A stretch of DNA of 64,000 nt from Deltaproteobacteria bacterium (GTDB lineage Bacteria; Desulfobacterota; Desulfobacteria; Desulfobacterales; JAFDMD01), in contig JAFDMF010000001.1 of the NCBI GenBank assembly GCA_019306065.1, positions 85,244-149,243 of the forward strand. Direction: 5' to 3'. The notes under the pieces are model-generated. The model saw nothing but the letters and a program-made list of their open reading frames with translations. It was not told the origin of the DNA and did not search any database. This document shows positions 43,722 through 52,723 of this stretch, piece by piece (within the stretch, counting starts at the first letter, position 1; every line of letters starts with the position of its first letter). The position numbers were made by a program, and so were the translations under genes.

Positions 43722-45449
43722 ATGAATTTGGAAAAAATTGTAGATACGGCTATGGAAAGAGAACCGGCGGAGCTGGTTATTAAAAATGCTAATATAATAG
43801 ACGTATTTTCTCAATCTTTATTTAAAGGCGATATATCGGTAACAGACGGGGTTATAGCCGCAATAGGCAAAGAGTTAAAGGGTAAAATTGAAATTGACTG
43901 CGCCGGAAAATATGTAACGCCGGGATTAATAGATAGCCATGTTCATATAGAATCTTCGCTTTGCTCGCCGGATATTTTTGCAAAGGCGGTTGTTGAGCGC
44001 GGAACTACCGCAATTATTGCAGATCCTCATGAAATAGCCAATGTTTGCGGATTAACAGGCATAGAATATATGTTGGATGCGGCGGAAAAGCTTCCTTTAT
44101 CAATATATATAATGCTTCCTTCCTGCGTTCCCGCTACATGTTTTGAAAATGCCGGAGCTGTTTTACAGGCAAAAGAGCTTGCAAAATTTATAAAAAATAA
44201 AAGAGTTTGCGGACTTGGGGAGATGATGAATTATCAGGGAGTAATTAATAATGATAATGAGGTTATCGAAAAGCTTAAACTTTGCATTGAAAATAAGAAG
44301 CTTATAGACGGACATGCTCCTATGCTTACGGGAAAAGATCTTGTAGCTTACGTTGCGGCAGGAATAAAAACGGATCATGAATCTTCGACATTAAAGGAGA
44401 TGGAAGAAAAAATAAGGCTTGGAATGTATATTCTTATAAGAGAAGGATCAGCGGTTCGTAATCTTAAAACCCTTATAAAAGGGGTAACAAACGGTAATTT
44501 TTCCAGATGCCTTTTTTGCACTGACGATAAACATCCCGATGATATTATAAAAAACGGACATATAGATAACAATGTCCGAAAGGCTATAGAATTTGGTATT
44601 GATCCGATTATGGCGGTTACGATAGCATCTTTAAATGCGGCGCAATGCTACGGGCTTAAAAACAAAGGCGCAATTGCTCCCGGATATGACGCTGATTTTT
44701 TAATTGTTAATAATCTTTCGGAATTTAAAGTTCAACAGGTATTTATTAAGGGGGTTAAAGCCGCTGAAAACGGAGAAAGCATAATTGATTTTTTCGCCCC
44801 GAATTATAAAAGCGTAACCAGCGCCGTAAAGGTAAAACCTTTTGACATATCCGCGCTTGCGCTTAAATTAAAAAGTCCCAAAGTCAAAGTGATAAAGATA
44901 CTGCCGCATGATGTTATAACAAAAGCGGTTGAGCGGGAGGTTTATATTAACAAAGAGAATTGTTTCGTTTATAATCCCGAAAAAGATATATTAAAGCTTG
45001 CGGTTTTAGAGCGCCATCATGCTCGAGGCAATATAGGTTTGGGATTGGTAGAAAATTACGGTCTTAAAGAAGGAGCGGTTGCAACTACAATAGCTCACGA
45101 TTCCCATAATATTGTAGTTGTAGGAACTAATGACGAAGATATATATGCGGCTGTCTGCGATATAATAAAGATAGGCGGAGGAATTACAATCTGCAAAAAT
45201 AAAAAGATACTCGAAAATCTCCCTCTTCCTATAGCAGGTTTAATGACAGGCAAAGGGTTTGAATTTGTAGCGGATAAGATTAATAAAATGAGACAAATCG
45301 CTTTTGATTCTTTAAATGTAAATAATAATATCGATCCTTTTATGACCCTTTCTTTTTTAACCCTTCCTGTAATTCCGGAAATCAAATTAACCGATAAAGG
45401 ATTATTCGACGTTCGCTCTTTTGCTTTTACCGATATATCGGCAGATTAA
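43722..45449 (+). CDS. ade: Adenine deaminase
   Basis: VTPGLIDSHVHIESS, ADPHEIANV and the TDHES metal-ligand context. 575 aa from the ATG at 43722 (SD TGGAG). Confidence 0.9.
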   Translation: MNLEKIVDTAMEREPAELVIKNANIIDVFSQSLFKGDISVTDGVIAAIGKELKGKIEIDCAGKYVTPGLIDSHVHIESSLCSPDIFAKAVVERGTTAIIADPHEIANVCGLTGIEYMLDAAEKLPLSIYIMLPSCVPATCFENAGAVLQAKELAKFIKNKRVCGLGEMMNYQGVINNDNEVIEKLKLCIENKKLIDGHAPMLTGKDLVAYVAAGIKTDHESSTLKEMEEKIRLGMYILIREGSAVRNLKTLIKGVTNGNFSRCLFCTDDKHPDDIIKNGHIDNNVRKAIEFGIDPIMAVTIASLNAAQCYGLKNKGAIAPGYDADFLIVNNLSEFKVQQVFIKGVKAAENGESIIDFFAPNYKSVTSAVKVKPFDISALALKLKSPKVKVIKILPHDVITKAVEREVYINKENCFVYNPEKDILKLAVLERHHARGNIGLGLVENYGLKEGAVATTIAHDSHNIVVVGTNDEDIYAAVCDIIKIGGGITICKNKKILENLPLPIAGLMTGKGFEFVADKINKMRQIAFDSLNVNNNIDPFMTLSFLTLPVIPEIKLTDKGLFDVRSFAFTDISAD

Positions 45450-45465
45450 TTTTTTTTATAAAAAC

Positions 45466-45507
45466 GGCTGCCGAATAATCTAATCCTATTCGGCGGCTAT
45501 TTTTTTG
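45466..45507 (+). terminator. Rho-independent terminator after ade
   Basis: Stem GCCGAATA (45470-45477) / TATTCGGC (45487-45494) followed by a T-run at 45500-45506. Confidence 0.6.
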
Positions 45508-45544
45508 TTGACAATAATATTGGTATATAGCTATATACCAATAT
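45508..45544 (+). promoter_or_regulatory. Candidate promoter (TTGACA-N18-TATATA) overlapped by a perfect 28-bp palindrome (candidate ArsR-type operator)
   Basis: TTGACA at 45508-45513. ATATTGGTATATAG|CTATATACCAATAT at 45517-45544. TATATA at 45532-45537. Confidence 0.4.
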
Positions 45545-45632
45545 ATTAATTTAACTAATGGATATAACCAGAGGAAAGTTCCATGGCTAAAAAAATTTAG
45601 CCACAAAAAAGAATGATTATAAAAATAACAAA

Positions 45633-45741
45633 GGGATTTCTCGCTTTGCTCGAAATGACAGGAAGATTTTTTTTTGTTGCGTCTTGTTGACGAATGCTAT
45701 TTTTGCTTGTCATTTCGACAAACATTGTGAGGAGAAATCCC
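45633..45741. repeat. Inverted pair of GTCATTTCGA..GAGAAATC short repeats in the arsR leader
   Basis: gggatttctcgctttgctcgaaatgacagg (45633-45662) and ttgtcatttcgacaaacattgtgaggagaaatccc (45707-45741). A third copy lies at 5652-5681. Confidence 0.85.
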
Positions 45742-45771
45742 TTTATTACAATATAAATAGAGGAACAAGTT

Positions 45772-46131
45772 ATGAAAAAATTTTTAAAAATAACAAAAGT
45801 GCTTTCGGATAAAAACAGAGTTAAAATTTTAAAGATGTTACAATATAAAGAGTTATGCGTATGCGAAATACAGGAAGGCTTAAGATTAGCTCAGCCTACG
45901 GTTTCCAATCATCTTAAAATACTTGAAGATGCAGAGTTAATTAATTATCGGAAAGAAGGGCTTTGGGTAAACTATTTTTTAAACAATAAAAGCGATAATC
46001 CTTATATATCTGTTTTTTTAAAAAACTTAAAATACTGGTTAGAAGCTGATGAGGAGGTTGCGGAGTTGGTAAAAGTAGTCCCAGAGCTTAACAGACAAAA
46101 TATTTGCAAAAAAAAATTTCTAGCCGAATAA
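45772..46131 (+). CDS. arsR: ArsR/SmtB-family metalloregulator
   Basis: ELCVCEIQEGLRLAQPTVSNHLKIL (CVC metalloid site plus wHTH). Confidence 0.85.
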   Translation: MKKFLKITKVLSDKNRVKILKMLQYKELCVCEIQEGLRLAQPTVSNHLKILEDAELINYRKEGLWVNYFLNNKSDNPYISVFLKNLKYWLEADEEVAELVKVVPELNRQNICKKKFLAE

Positions 46132-46171
46132 AGAGACGGATAAATCGAATTAAAATTAAAGAAAAATTTTT

Positions 46172-47344
46172 ATGAAAGAAAAAACAAAATTTCTGCTGTT
46201 AATCGGAGCCTTTATTACCTGTTGTTATATGCCATGGGAAAATCCGATAATCCGCAGATCAGGTCTTGAAGCTTTTTTAATGTTGCAAGAATATACAAGA
46301 GAGCATGTTCTTGTCTGTTTAATACCGGCGTTTTTTATAGCGGGCGCAATATCGGTTTTTATTTCTCAAGCGGCGGTTTTAAAATATTTTGGGCATAAGG
46401 CAAATAAAATATTATCTTATGCCGTAGCTTCGGTATCGGGAGCCATTCTTGCAGTATGCTCCTGCACCGTTCTTCCCTTATTTGCGGGAATTTATATTAG
46501 AGGCGCAGGGATAGGACCCGCCAGCGCTTTTTTATACTCTGGCCCGGCTATCAACGTATTGGCGATAACAATGACGGCTCAGATATTAGGCTGGAAGTTA
46601 GGGCTTGCAAGAGCCGTATGCGCTATTATTTTTGCAATTATAACGGGGCTTCTTATGACTTTTTTTTTTAAAAAAGATGATGTAAACCGCACAAAAGGAG
46701 AGCTATATCTGCAAGATGAAGATAATAAAAAAAGGAGTTTGACGCAAGACGCTATATATATAGCCACAATGGTTTTTATCTTAATATTTGCGGCTTTTGC
46801 AAAACCGTCTGCAACCTCCGGCAAACTTTGGCAGACAATATTTGATTTTAAATGGCATATTACGGGATTACTTCTTATCTCTCTTATTGTTATGATAAAA
46901 AATTGGTTTGTCAAAGATGAGCGTATAGAATGGATAAACGCTTCATGGGGATTTATGAAACAGATATTTCCACTGCTTGGGGTCGGCGTTTTATTTGCTG
47001 GATTCTTTCTCGGAAGACCCGGCAATTCTGCTTTAATACCGGAAGCGTATATACAAAATCTTGTCGGGGGCAATTCTTTATCGGCGAATTTGTTTGCTTC
47101 TGTTACAGGATCTTTTATGTATTTTGCCACATTAACCGAAGTTCCGATTATTCAGGGTTTGCTCGGCGCGGGAATGGGACGGGGACCGGCTCTCGCTCTG
47201 CTTCTATCCGGCCCCGCTCTTTCGCTTCCGAATATGCTTGTAATAGGAGGGGTTTTGGGAATAAAAAAAACGGTTTTTTTTTCTATTATTATTATTACGC
47301 TATCTACTATTGCGGGAATGATATACGGAAATATAATTGGATAG
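46172..47344 (+). CDS. Permease of the DUF318/ArsP-like family
   Basis: Polytopic membrane protein with the vicinal-cysteine segment AVCSCTVLP. Lies directly downstream of arsR. Confidence 0.8.
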   Translation: MKEKTKFLLLIGAFITCCYMPWENPIIRRSGLEAFLMLQEYTREHVLVCLIPAFFIAGAISVFISQAAVLKYFGHKANKILSYAVASVSGAILAVCSCTVLPLFAGIYIRGAGIGPASAFLYSGPAINVLAITMTAQILGWKLGLARAVCAIIFAIITGLLMTFFFKKDDVNRTKGELYLQDEDNKKRSLTQDAIYIATMVFILIFAAFAKPSATSGKLWQTIFDFKWHITGLLLISLIVMIKNWFVKDERIEWINASWGFMKQIFPLLGVGVLFAGFFLGRPGNSALIPEAYIQNLVGGNSLSANLFASVTGSFMYFATLTEVPIIQGLLGAGMGRGPALALLLSGPALSLPNMLVIGGVLGIKKTVFFSIIIITLSTIAGMIYGNIIG

Positions 47345-47441
47345 GTAATTTAAAAAATAATTTCACAGACTTTCACAGATAATTATCTTGTAGAAATTTT
47401 TGAAAAATTGATTTTTATATTTTAAAATAAGGAGGCATATA

Positions 47442-47771
47442 ATGCGTTTATTATCGGAATGGTTTCCGGAATTTGCACAACAGTTTGACAAAATAGATGA
47501 AGTTTATAAAGAAAAAAGAATGATAGATGAAAAAACTTATCAATTTATATGCTTTGCTCTATCTATTAAAAACCGCTCCAAGCCGTGTCTTTTGAAACAT
47601 TTTACCGGCGCGCTCGAAGCGGGGGCTACGGTAAAGGAATTGGTTTATATTATGGCGTTAACCTTCAGAGAAAGCGCTGGAGGCGACGACTGTTGGACTC
47701 ATGATGCGCTGGGAGATTATAAAAAGATAATAGCTGAAGGAATTAAAAGCTGCGATTGCTGTAGTTCCTGA
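47442..47771 (+). CDS. Carboxymuconolactone decarboxylase (AhpD-like) family protein
   Basis: Size and helical pattern (DEKTYQFICFALSI.., LKHFTGALEAGATVKEL) fit the family. Cys-rich C-terminus CDCCSS. Confidence 0.65.
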   Translation: MRLLSEWFPEFAQQFDKIDEVYKEKRMIDEKTYQFICFALSIKNRSKPCLLKHFTGALEAGATVKELVYIMALTFRESAGGDDCWTHDALGDYKKIIAEGIKSCDCCSS

Positions 47772-47818
47772 TTTTTATAAGGTTTCTTTGTTATGCAACG
47801 GATTTATAAGGAGGCGTT

Positions 47819-48052
47819 ATGGATATTAAAATACTCGGAACAGAATGTTTTAAATGTAATCAGGCGGAAAAGGTAGTAAAAGAGACTGTTTCGGAAGCAG
47901 GCGCGAATATTTCGGTAGAAAAAATTACCGATATTATGAAAATAGCCGAATACGGAGTATTAACTACTCCTGCGGTAGTAATAGACGGAGAGGTTAAAAG
48001 CGTAGGCAAAATTCCGGAAAAAAAAGATATATTAAAATGGATTGGCAAATAG
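47819..48052 (+). CDS. Thioredoxin-fold 'redox-active disulfide protein 2'-like small protein
   Basis: 77 aa: MDIKILGTECFKCNQ (CxxC), TTPAVVIDGEV. Confidence 0.8.
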   Translation: MDIKILGTECFKCNQAEKVVKETVSEAGANISVEKITDIMKIAEYGVLTTPAVVIDGEVKSVGKIPEKKDILKWIGK

Positions 48053-48102
48053 AGCTGAGTATATAATAAAGATTTTTGTTGAGTTGAACTTTATAAAAAT
48101 GT

Positions 48103-48152
48103 AAATAAGCTTTTTGCCCAACAAAATTTTTTGTTGGGCAAAAAGCTTATTT
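48103..48152. terminator. Long perfect hairpin, probable bidirectional terminator
   Basis: AAATAAGCTTTTTGCCCAACAAAA (48103-48126) pairs with TTTTGTTGGGCAAAAAGCTTATTT (48129-48152). Confidence 0.7.
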
Positions 48153-48192
48153 TATAAATTTTAAGAGCTTAATCTTTTAATATGGAGGTAAA

Positions 48193-48882
48193 ATGGCGGC
48201 AAAACAGCTTACAAGAAAAGAACTTCTTAAAAAAGAGGACGGTTTCATAACCTTTTCAAATAAAGCCTTTAATTTTATAAACGATAATAAAAAACAGGTT
48301 ATTATAGGAGTAGGAATTTTTATAACTTTTATTATCGGAATTTACGGTTTTAATATTTATCTTGAAAAAAAAGAAAATAAAGCTTTTGCAATGCTTGAGC
48401 AGATAAAAAAAATATATATAGAAACTTTAAACTCAAAAGGTTTTAAAGAAGGATATAAAGCTTCCCAAGAAAATTTCGAGCAGTTATTTAAAAAATTTCC
48501 TAACAGCGTTTCCGTCAAATCCGGACTGATTATATATGGTAATATTGCATATTTTGCCGAAGATTATGAAAAAGCCGTATCAATATTTCAAAAAGCGCTT
48601 GATAATTTGGAACCTGACAGCCTATATAAAAATATCCTTTTGAGTAATATAGCATATTCTAATCTTATGATAGAAAAAGAAGAAAAAGCGATGGAATATT
48701 TTGAAAAAATTTCGGCAAACAACAGTTCTATTATGAAAGATAGCGCTTTTTTAAATCTCGGAATATTTTATGAAAAAAAAGGAGATTTAAAAAACAGCCG
48801 CGAACAATTTGAACAGATCGCTTTTATAAAAGGTTCTATGTTTGCCTCTATGATAAAAGAAGATTTTGGCTTAATAAATTAG
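48193..48882 (+). CDS. Membrane-anchored TPR-like protein (YfgM-like architecture)
   Basis: A single N-terminal TM (VIIGVGIFITFIIGIYGF) followed by TPR-like helical repeats. Confidence 0.6.
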   Translation: MAAKQLTRKELLKKEDGFITFSNKAFNFINDNKKQVIIGVGIFITFIIGIYGFNIYLEKKENKAFAMLEQIKKIYIETLNSKGFKEGYKASQENFEQLFKKFPNSVSVKSGLIIYGNIAYFAEDYEKAVSIFQKALDNLEPDSLYKNILLSNIAYSNLMIEKEEKAMEYFEKISANNSSIMKDSAFLNLGIFYEKKGDLKNSREQFEQIAFIKGSMFASMIKEDFGLIN

Positions 48883-49272
48883 TTATTGTAGAAAAAAAGC
48901 TTTCGTTATAAACCTAAAAAAAAAATGACTACCCTAAAATAAGAGCAGTCATTTTTTTAAAGGATAAAAAAGATGAAAAAATATTGGATTTTGTCTTTAT
49001 ATATAAAGATAGCAACTCTTGTGCCAGATATATAAAAAAATAGGCTTATATTTATTTTGATATAAAAATCAGTCCGTTATAAAATAATTTTTTATCCTTT
49101 TCGACAATTTCATAAACTCATTATAGACAGCAAAAGTTTATTTTTTTGAACCTTAATTTTATAAACTTCTTATAACAATTTAAAATATATAAATAAATAC
49201 AAAAAAATCTTATATTCAAAATTTTGAACTTTTATCCGTTTTGTATCAAAGTAAAAATCGGTATCAATAATA

Positions 49273-49673
49273 TTATGCTTTAATTAATTGAATTAAATTT
49301 TGATACTTAGTAAATTTTGTATCCGCCGTAATAATACTAAAATTTTCAGCAAAAGCGGTTGCTATCAGTAAACGATCAAAAGGGTCTCTATGGTTGTCAT
49401 AAAGCGGAATGTCATAGTAAGAAAAAATATGTTTATTTTTTATGATTAGAGGCTCATAACCGTCATTTTGAAGAGTTTGAGCTATAATCCCGGCAAATCT
49501 ACATGTAATCTGATTTGATTTAACTTCAATTTGATTGCTATTTCTATCAGACTAATCAGACTAAAGTAAGTAACATTCTTTAAATAATTTATAATTTCCC
49601 TGATATTATCCGATAATTTCGGATTGTCTGATAATATCCAAAGGATAATTTGAGTATCTATCAGATAATTCAT
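49273..49673 (-). pseudogene. PIN-domain VapC toxin gene with one frameshift
   Basis: N-terminus MNYLIDTQIILW.. stops at 49482. The shifted frame continues ..NHRDPFDRLLIATAFAENFSIITADTKF to TAA at 49273. Confidence 0.7.
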
Positions 49674-49755
49674 TAATACATATATTCCTTAAGATCATCT
49701 ATCGGTTCGTCAAGATTATCGTCAAGTTCAATTTTTCCTTTAAGAGAACCGAGAA

Positions 49756-51138
49756 TCAAAAATTTAAATTTTTATCTAAACTGTATTTTTTTATTTTTTG
49801 ATTAAGCCCGCTTTTTCCTATTTTAAGCATTTCTGCCGCGCGGGTCTGGACATTGCCGGAAAGATTAAGCGCTCTTATTATCATCTTTTTTTCTACGGCT
49901 TCAAGCGTTTTAGCAAGCCCCGCATTAGAAGGAATATCGTTAATTCTTAATGCGTTGCCGGATATTTTTTTAAAGGAATTCGGAAGGTCGGCTTTGGTTA
50001 TCAAACTGCCGATACTAAATATTAAAGCATGCTCTATAGTATTTTCAAGCTCTCTTATATTTCCGGGCCATCCGTAATTATAAAATATTCTTTCCACCTC
50101 GGAATCAATGCCCGCCACATCCGCTCCTTTATTATTAATCTCTTTATATTTTTTTATAAAATAATTTATTAATAAGCCCAAATCCTCTTTTCTTTCCCTT
50201 AAAGGCGGAAGGGTAAGACGAACTACATTTAATCTGTAAAAAAGATCCGCTCTGAATCTTCCGGCTTCCATTTCCTCTGTAAGTTTTTTATTGGTAGCCG
50301 CTATGATTCGGGCGTCTATATTAATTGATTTTGTTCCTCCGACTCTTTCAAAAGTTTTTTCCTGAAGTATTCTAAGAAGTTTAACCTGAGTATTGAAAGG
50401 TATTTCTGCAAGTTCGTCAAAAAAAATAGTTCCGTTGTCTGCAAGTTCAAATTTTCCTTTTTTTTGAATTATGGCTCCGGTAAAAGCCCCTTTTTCATGC
50501 CCGAAAAGTTCGCTTTCCAAAAGATTTTCGGATAATGCCGCGCAGTTTACAGGTATAAAGCTTTTATCCGCTCTGGCGCTGTTAAAATGTATTGATCTCG
50601 CTACAAGCTCTTTTCCTGTTCCGCTTTCCCCTTCTATAAGCACAGAGGCGTTAGTAGGCGCCACCTTTCTTATTATGTTAAAAAGATTCTGCATAGCCTT
50701 GCTTTTTCCTATGATATTGTCAAAACTGTATTTTGATTTGGCATCTGATAAAAGTCTTAAATTTTGGTTTATTATTCTTTGCATCTCAAGCGCTTTATTT
50801 ACATAAGCTATCAGACTATCGTTATCAAAAGGTTTTAAAATATAATTGTATGCCCCCTTTTTCATAGCTTCCACCGCTTTTTCTACTGTGCCGTAAGCGG
50901 TCATCATTAAAACTGGCATATTGAAATTATTCTCTTTTATCCGTTCAATAAGCATAATACCGTCCATAGAAGGCATTTTCATGTCGGTTAAAATCAGATC
51001 GACATCATAGCTTTTTAATATCTCAAGCGCCTCTTCACCGCTGTTTGCAGTTAATGTTTCAAATCCTTCCTCTTCAAGCAGAGCGCTTATAATTAAAGGA
51101 TAGTTTTTTTCATCATCTACTATTAATATGGTTTCCAT
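49756..51138 (-). CDS. Sigma54-dependent response regulator (NtrC/AtoC family)
   Basis: Receiver domain (DLILTDMKMP), AAA+ (GESGTGKE, ESELFGHEKGAFTGA) and a C-terminal Fis-type HTH. Confidence 0.92.
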   Translation of the reverse strand: METILIVDDEKNYPLIISALLEEEGFETLTANSGEEALEILKSYDVDLILTDMKMPSMDGIMLIERIKENNFNMPVLMMTAYGTVEKAVEAMKKGAYNYILKPFDNDSLIAYVNKALEMQRIINQNLRLLSDAKSKYSFDNIIGKSKAMQNLFNIIRKVAPTNASVLIEGESGTGKELVARSIHFNSARADKSFIPVNCAALSENLLESELFGHEKGAFTGAIIQKKGKFELADNGTIFFDELAEIPFNTQVKLLRILQEKTFERVGGTKSINIDARIIAATNKKLTEEMEAGRFRADLFYRLNVVRLTLPPLRERKEDLGLLINYFIKKYKEINNKGADVAGIDSEVERIFYNYGWPGNIRELENTIEHALIFSIGSLITKADLPNSFKKISGNALRINDIPSNAGLAKTLEAVEKKMIIRALNLSGNVQTRAAEMLKIGKSGLNQKIKKYSLDKNLNF

Positions 51139-51157
51139 AAATAAATTTCCCGGCTAC

Positions 51158-52579
51158 TTACGCCTGATCTTCAATTGTATTGAAAGTCGGCAGCTCTATC
51201 GTAACCTTTACTCCTTTTATGTCTTTGTTTTTTATCATTATAAAGCCGTTATGAGATTCTATAATATTTTTTACTATGCCAAGCCCCAAGCCAGTTCCTT
51301 TTTCTTTGGTAGTATAAAACGGTTCCCATGTTTTATTTAAAACTTCAGGCGTTATCCCTGTCCCGTCGTCTTCAAAAAAAATATTTATTCTATTTTTTGA
51401 AAACGCCGTATAAATACAAATTGTTCCTTGTTCGGGGATGGCATGGATTGCGTTGATAAAAAGATTAAGAAACGCCTGATAAAGCATATCCGCATCAGCG
51501 GTAATATCAGGCATATTTTTACAAAAATTTTTTTCTATAATGCAATTTTTTTTTTTTATTTCCGAATTTATAGCGGTTATATTTTTATCAAGTATATCGT
51601 GTATGGAGCATAAAGAAAAATTAGGTTTTAACGGTTTTGCAAAATTAAGAAATTCGGTTAAAATATTATTTAAACGAGTTGATTCTTCCACAATAAAAGA
51701 GGGTATTTTATTTTTCGGAAATTTTTTTTGTAAAAGTTCCGCCGAGCTTCTTATAATACCGAGCGGATTTCTTATTTCATGAGATATTCCTGCTATAAGC
51801 TCTCCCAAAGCGGAAAGTTTTTCGGCTCTGTTAAGCTGCTCTTTTAATTTTATCCTCTCTTTTGTTCTTGCTTCTATAATATTTTCGCCTCGTTTAACCA
51901 TGTTTCTAAGCGCTATAAAGATAAATCCCATAACTGCGGAACTTGTAAGAATAACCAATATCTGAAATCTAAAGATATTTTTGTAATCGTCAGAAAGATC
52001 CTGAACAATCTCGACAACCCCTAAAATGGGTCCGGACAGCCATCTAAGTGGCTCCTCTGCTCGTATAGGCGCGAAAGTTACGAGCAGACTCTTTTTCGGA
52101 GTTCCGATTAACAGCTCTAAATAATTGCCGCTTTCAAGTAGATTGGAATTTAAAACGCCCTGAACCGCTTTATAGTATCCTGTTCCTCCGATATTATCCA
52201 GCCCTACCGTTTTTTTATCGAAACTGTAAGCTATAGTGCCGTCCATGTCATAAAAATTAACCGTATCCACTTCAAAACTATGCAGAGTGCTTTTTACCAC
52301 CTGATCCATTAATTCAAACTGTTCCGGCTTTCTTAACTGTATTTTGCCGAACTTTAAAACCACTGGTATAATAAACTGTTTATAAACCTGATGATTTAAA
52401 TTCTCTATTAACAGATGAGCATAGTTTTCGCTTTTTTTTAATACCATCTTTTTTGCCCAATGGATATTAAGAAGTGAAAGCAAAAGAGCGCCTATGAAAA
52501 TAACTACAAGGCTTGAGAAGGTAAAATATTTTACCAATCTGAAAGGTTTTACTTTTTCGGCGTTAATATCGTCTGGCAA
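51158..52579 (-). CDS. Sensor histidine kinase
   Basis: TM segments, H-box SHEIRNPL, and N/G boxes (NLFINAIHA, DDGTGI, GTGLGL). Confidence 0.88.
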   Translation of the reverse strand: MPDDINAEKVKPFRLVKYFTFSSLVVIFIGALLLSLLNIHWAKKMVLKKSENYAHLLIENLNHQVYKQFIIPVVLKFGKIQLRKPEQFELMDQVVKSTLHSFEVDTVNFYDMDGTIAYSFDKKTVGLDNIGGTGYYKAVQGVLNSNLLESGNYLELLIGTPKKSLLVTFAPIRAEEPLRWLSGPILGVVEIVQDLSDDYKNIFRFQILVILTSSAVMGFIFIALRNMVKRGENIIEARTKERIKLKEQLNRAEKLSALGELIAGISHEIRNPLGIIRSSAELLQKKFPKNKIPSFIVEESTRLNNILTEFLNFAKPLKPNFSLCSIHDILDKNITAINSEIKKKNCIIEKNFCKNMPDITADADMLYQAFLNLFINAIHAIPEQGTICIYTAFSKNRINIFFEDDGTGITPEVLNKTWEPFYTTKEKGTGLGLGIVKNIIESHNGFIMIKNKDIKGVKVTIELPTFNTIEDQA

Positions 52580-52723
52580 TTTTTACATCCTTTTTTTAAG
52601 GGTATTGATAAAAATGTAGATTATAAGCGGTTTGGGTAGATATTTCAAGAAGTTTGATAGAAACTGCGCAGGATATTAAAAGAACCCCTTTTTTATTCTT
52701 GCAAAAAGCGTATCGGAGCCTTT

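Noticed and set aside
46579-47130. Long antisense ORFs inside well-supported genes. Examples: 46579..47130 and 46930..47382 in the permease; 54993..55541 in the dehydrogenase; 32839..33327 opposite dksA; 6580..6969 opposite hypD; 20184..20549 opposite glnA; 24218..24571 opposite dinD.
   Set aside because: Each lies entirely within, or opposite, a gene with clear family motifs. Their products are low-complexity (Phe/Ile/Ser/Leu-rich) with no recognisable motifs and no SD. They are typical shadow ORFs in AT-rich DNA.
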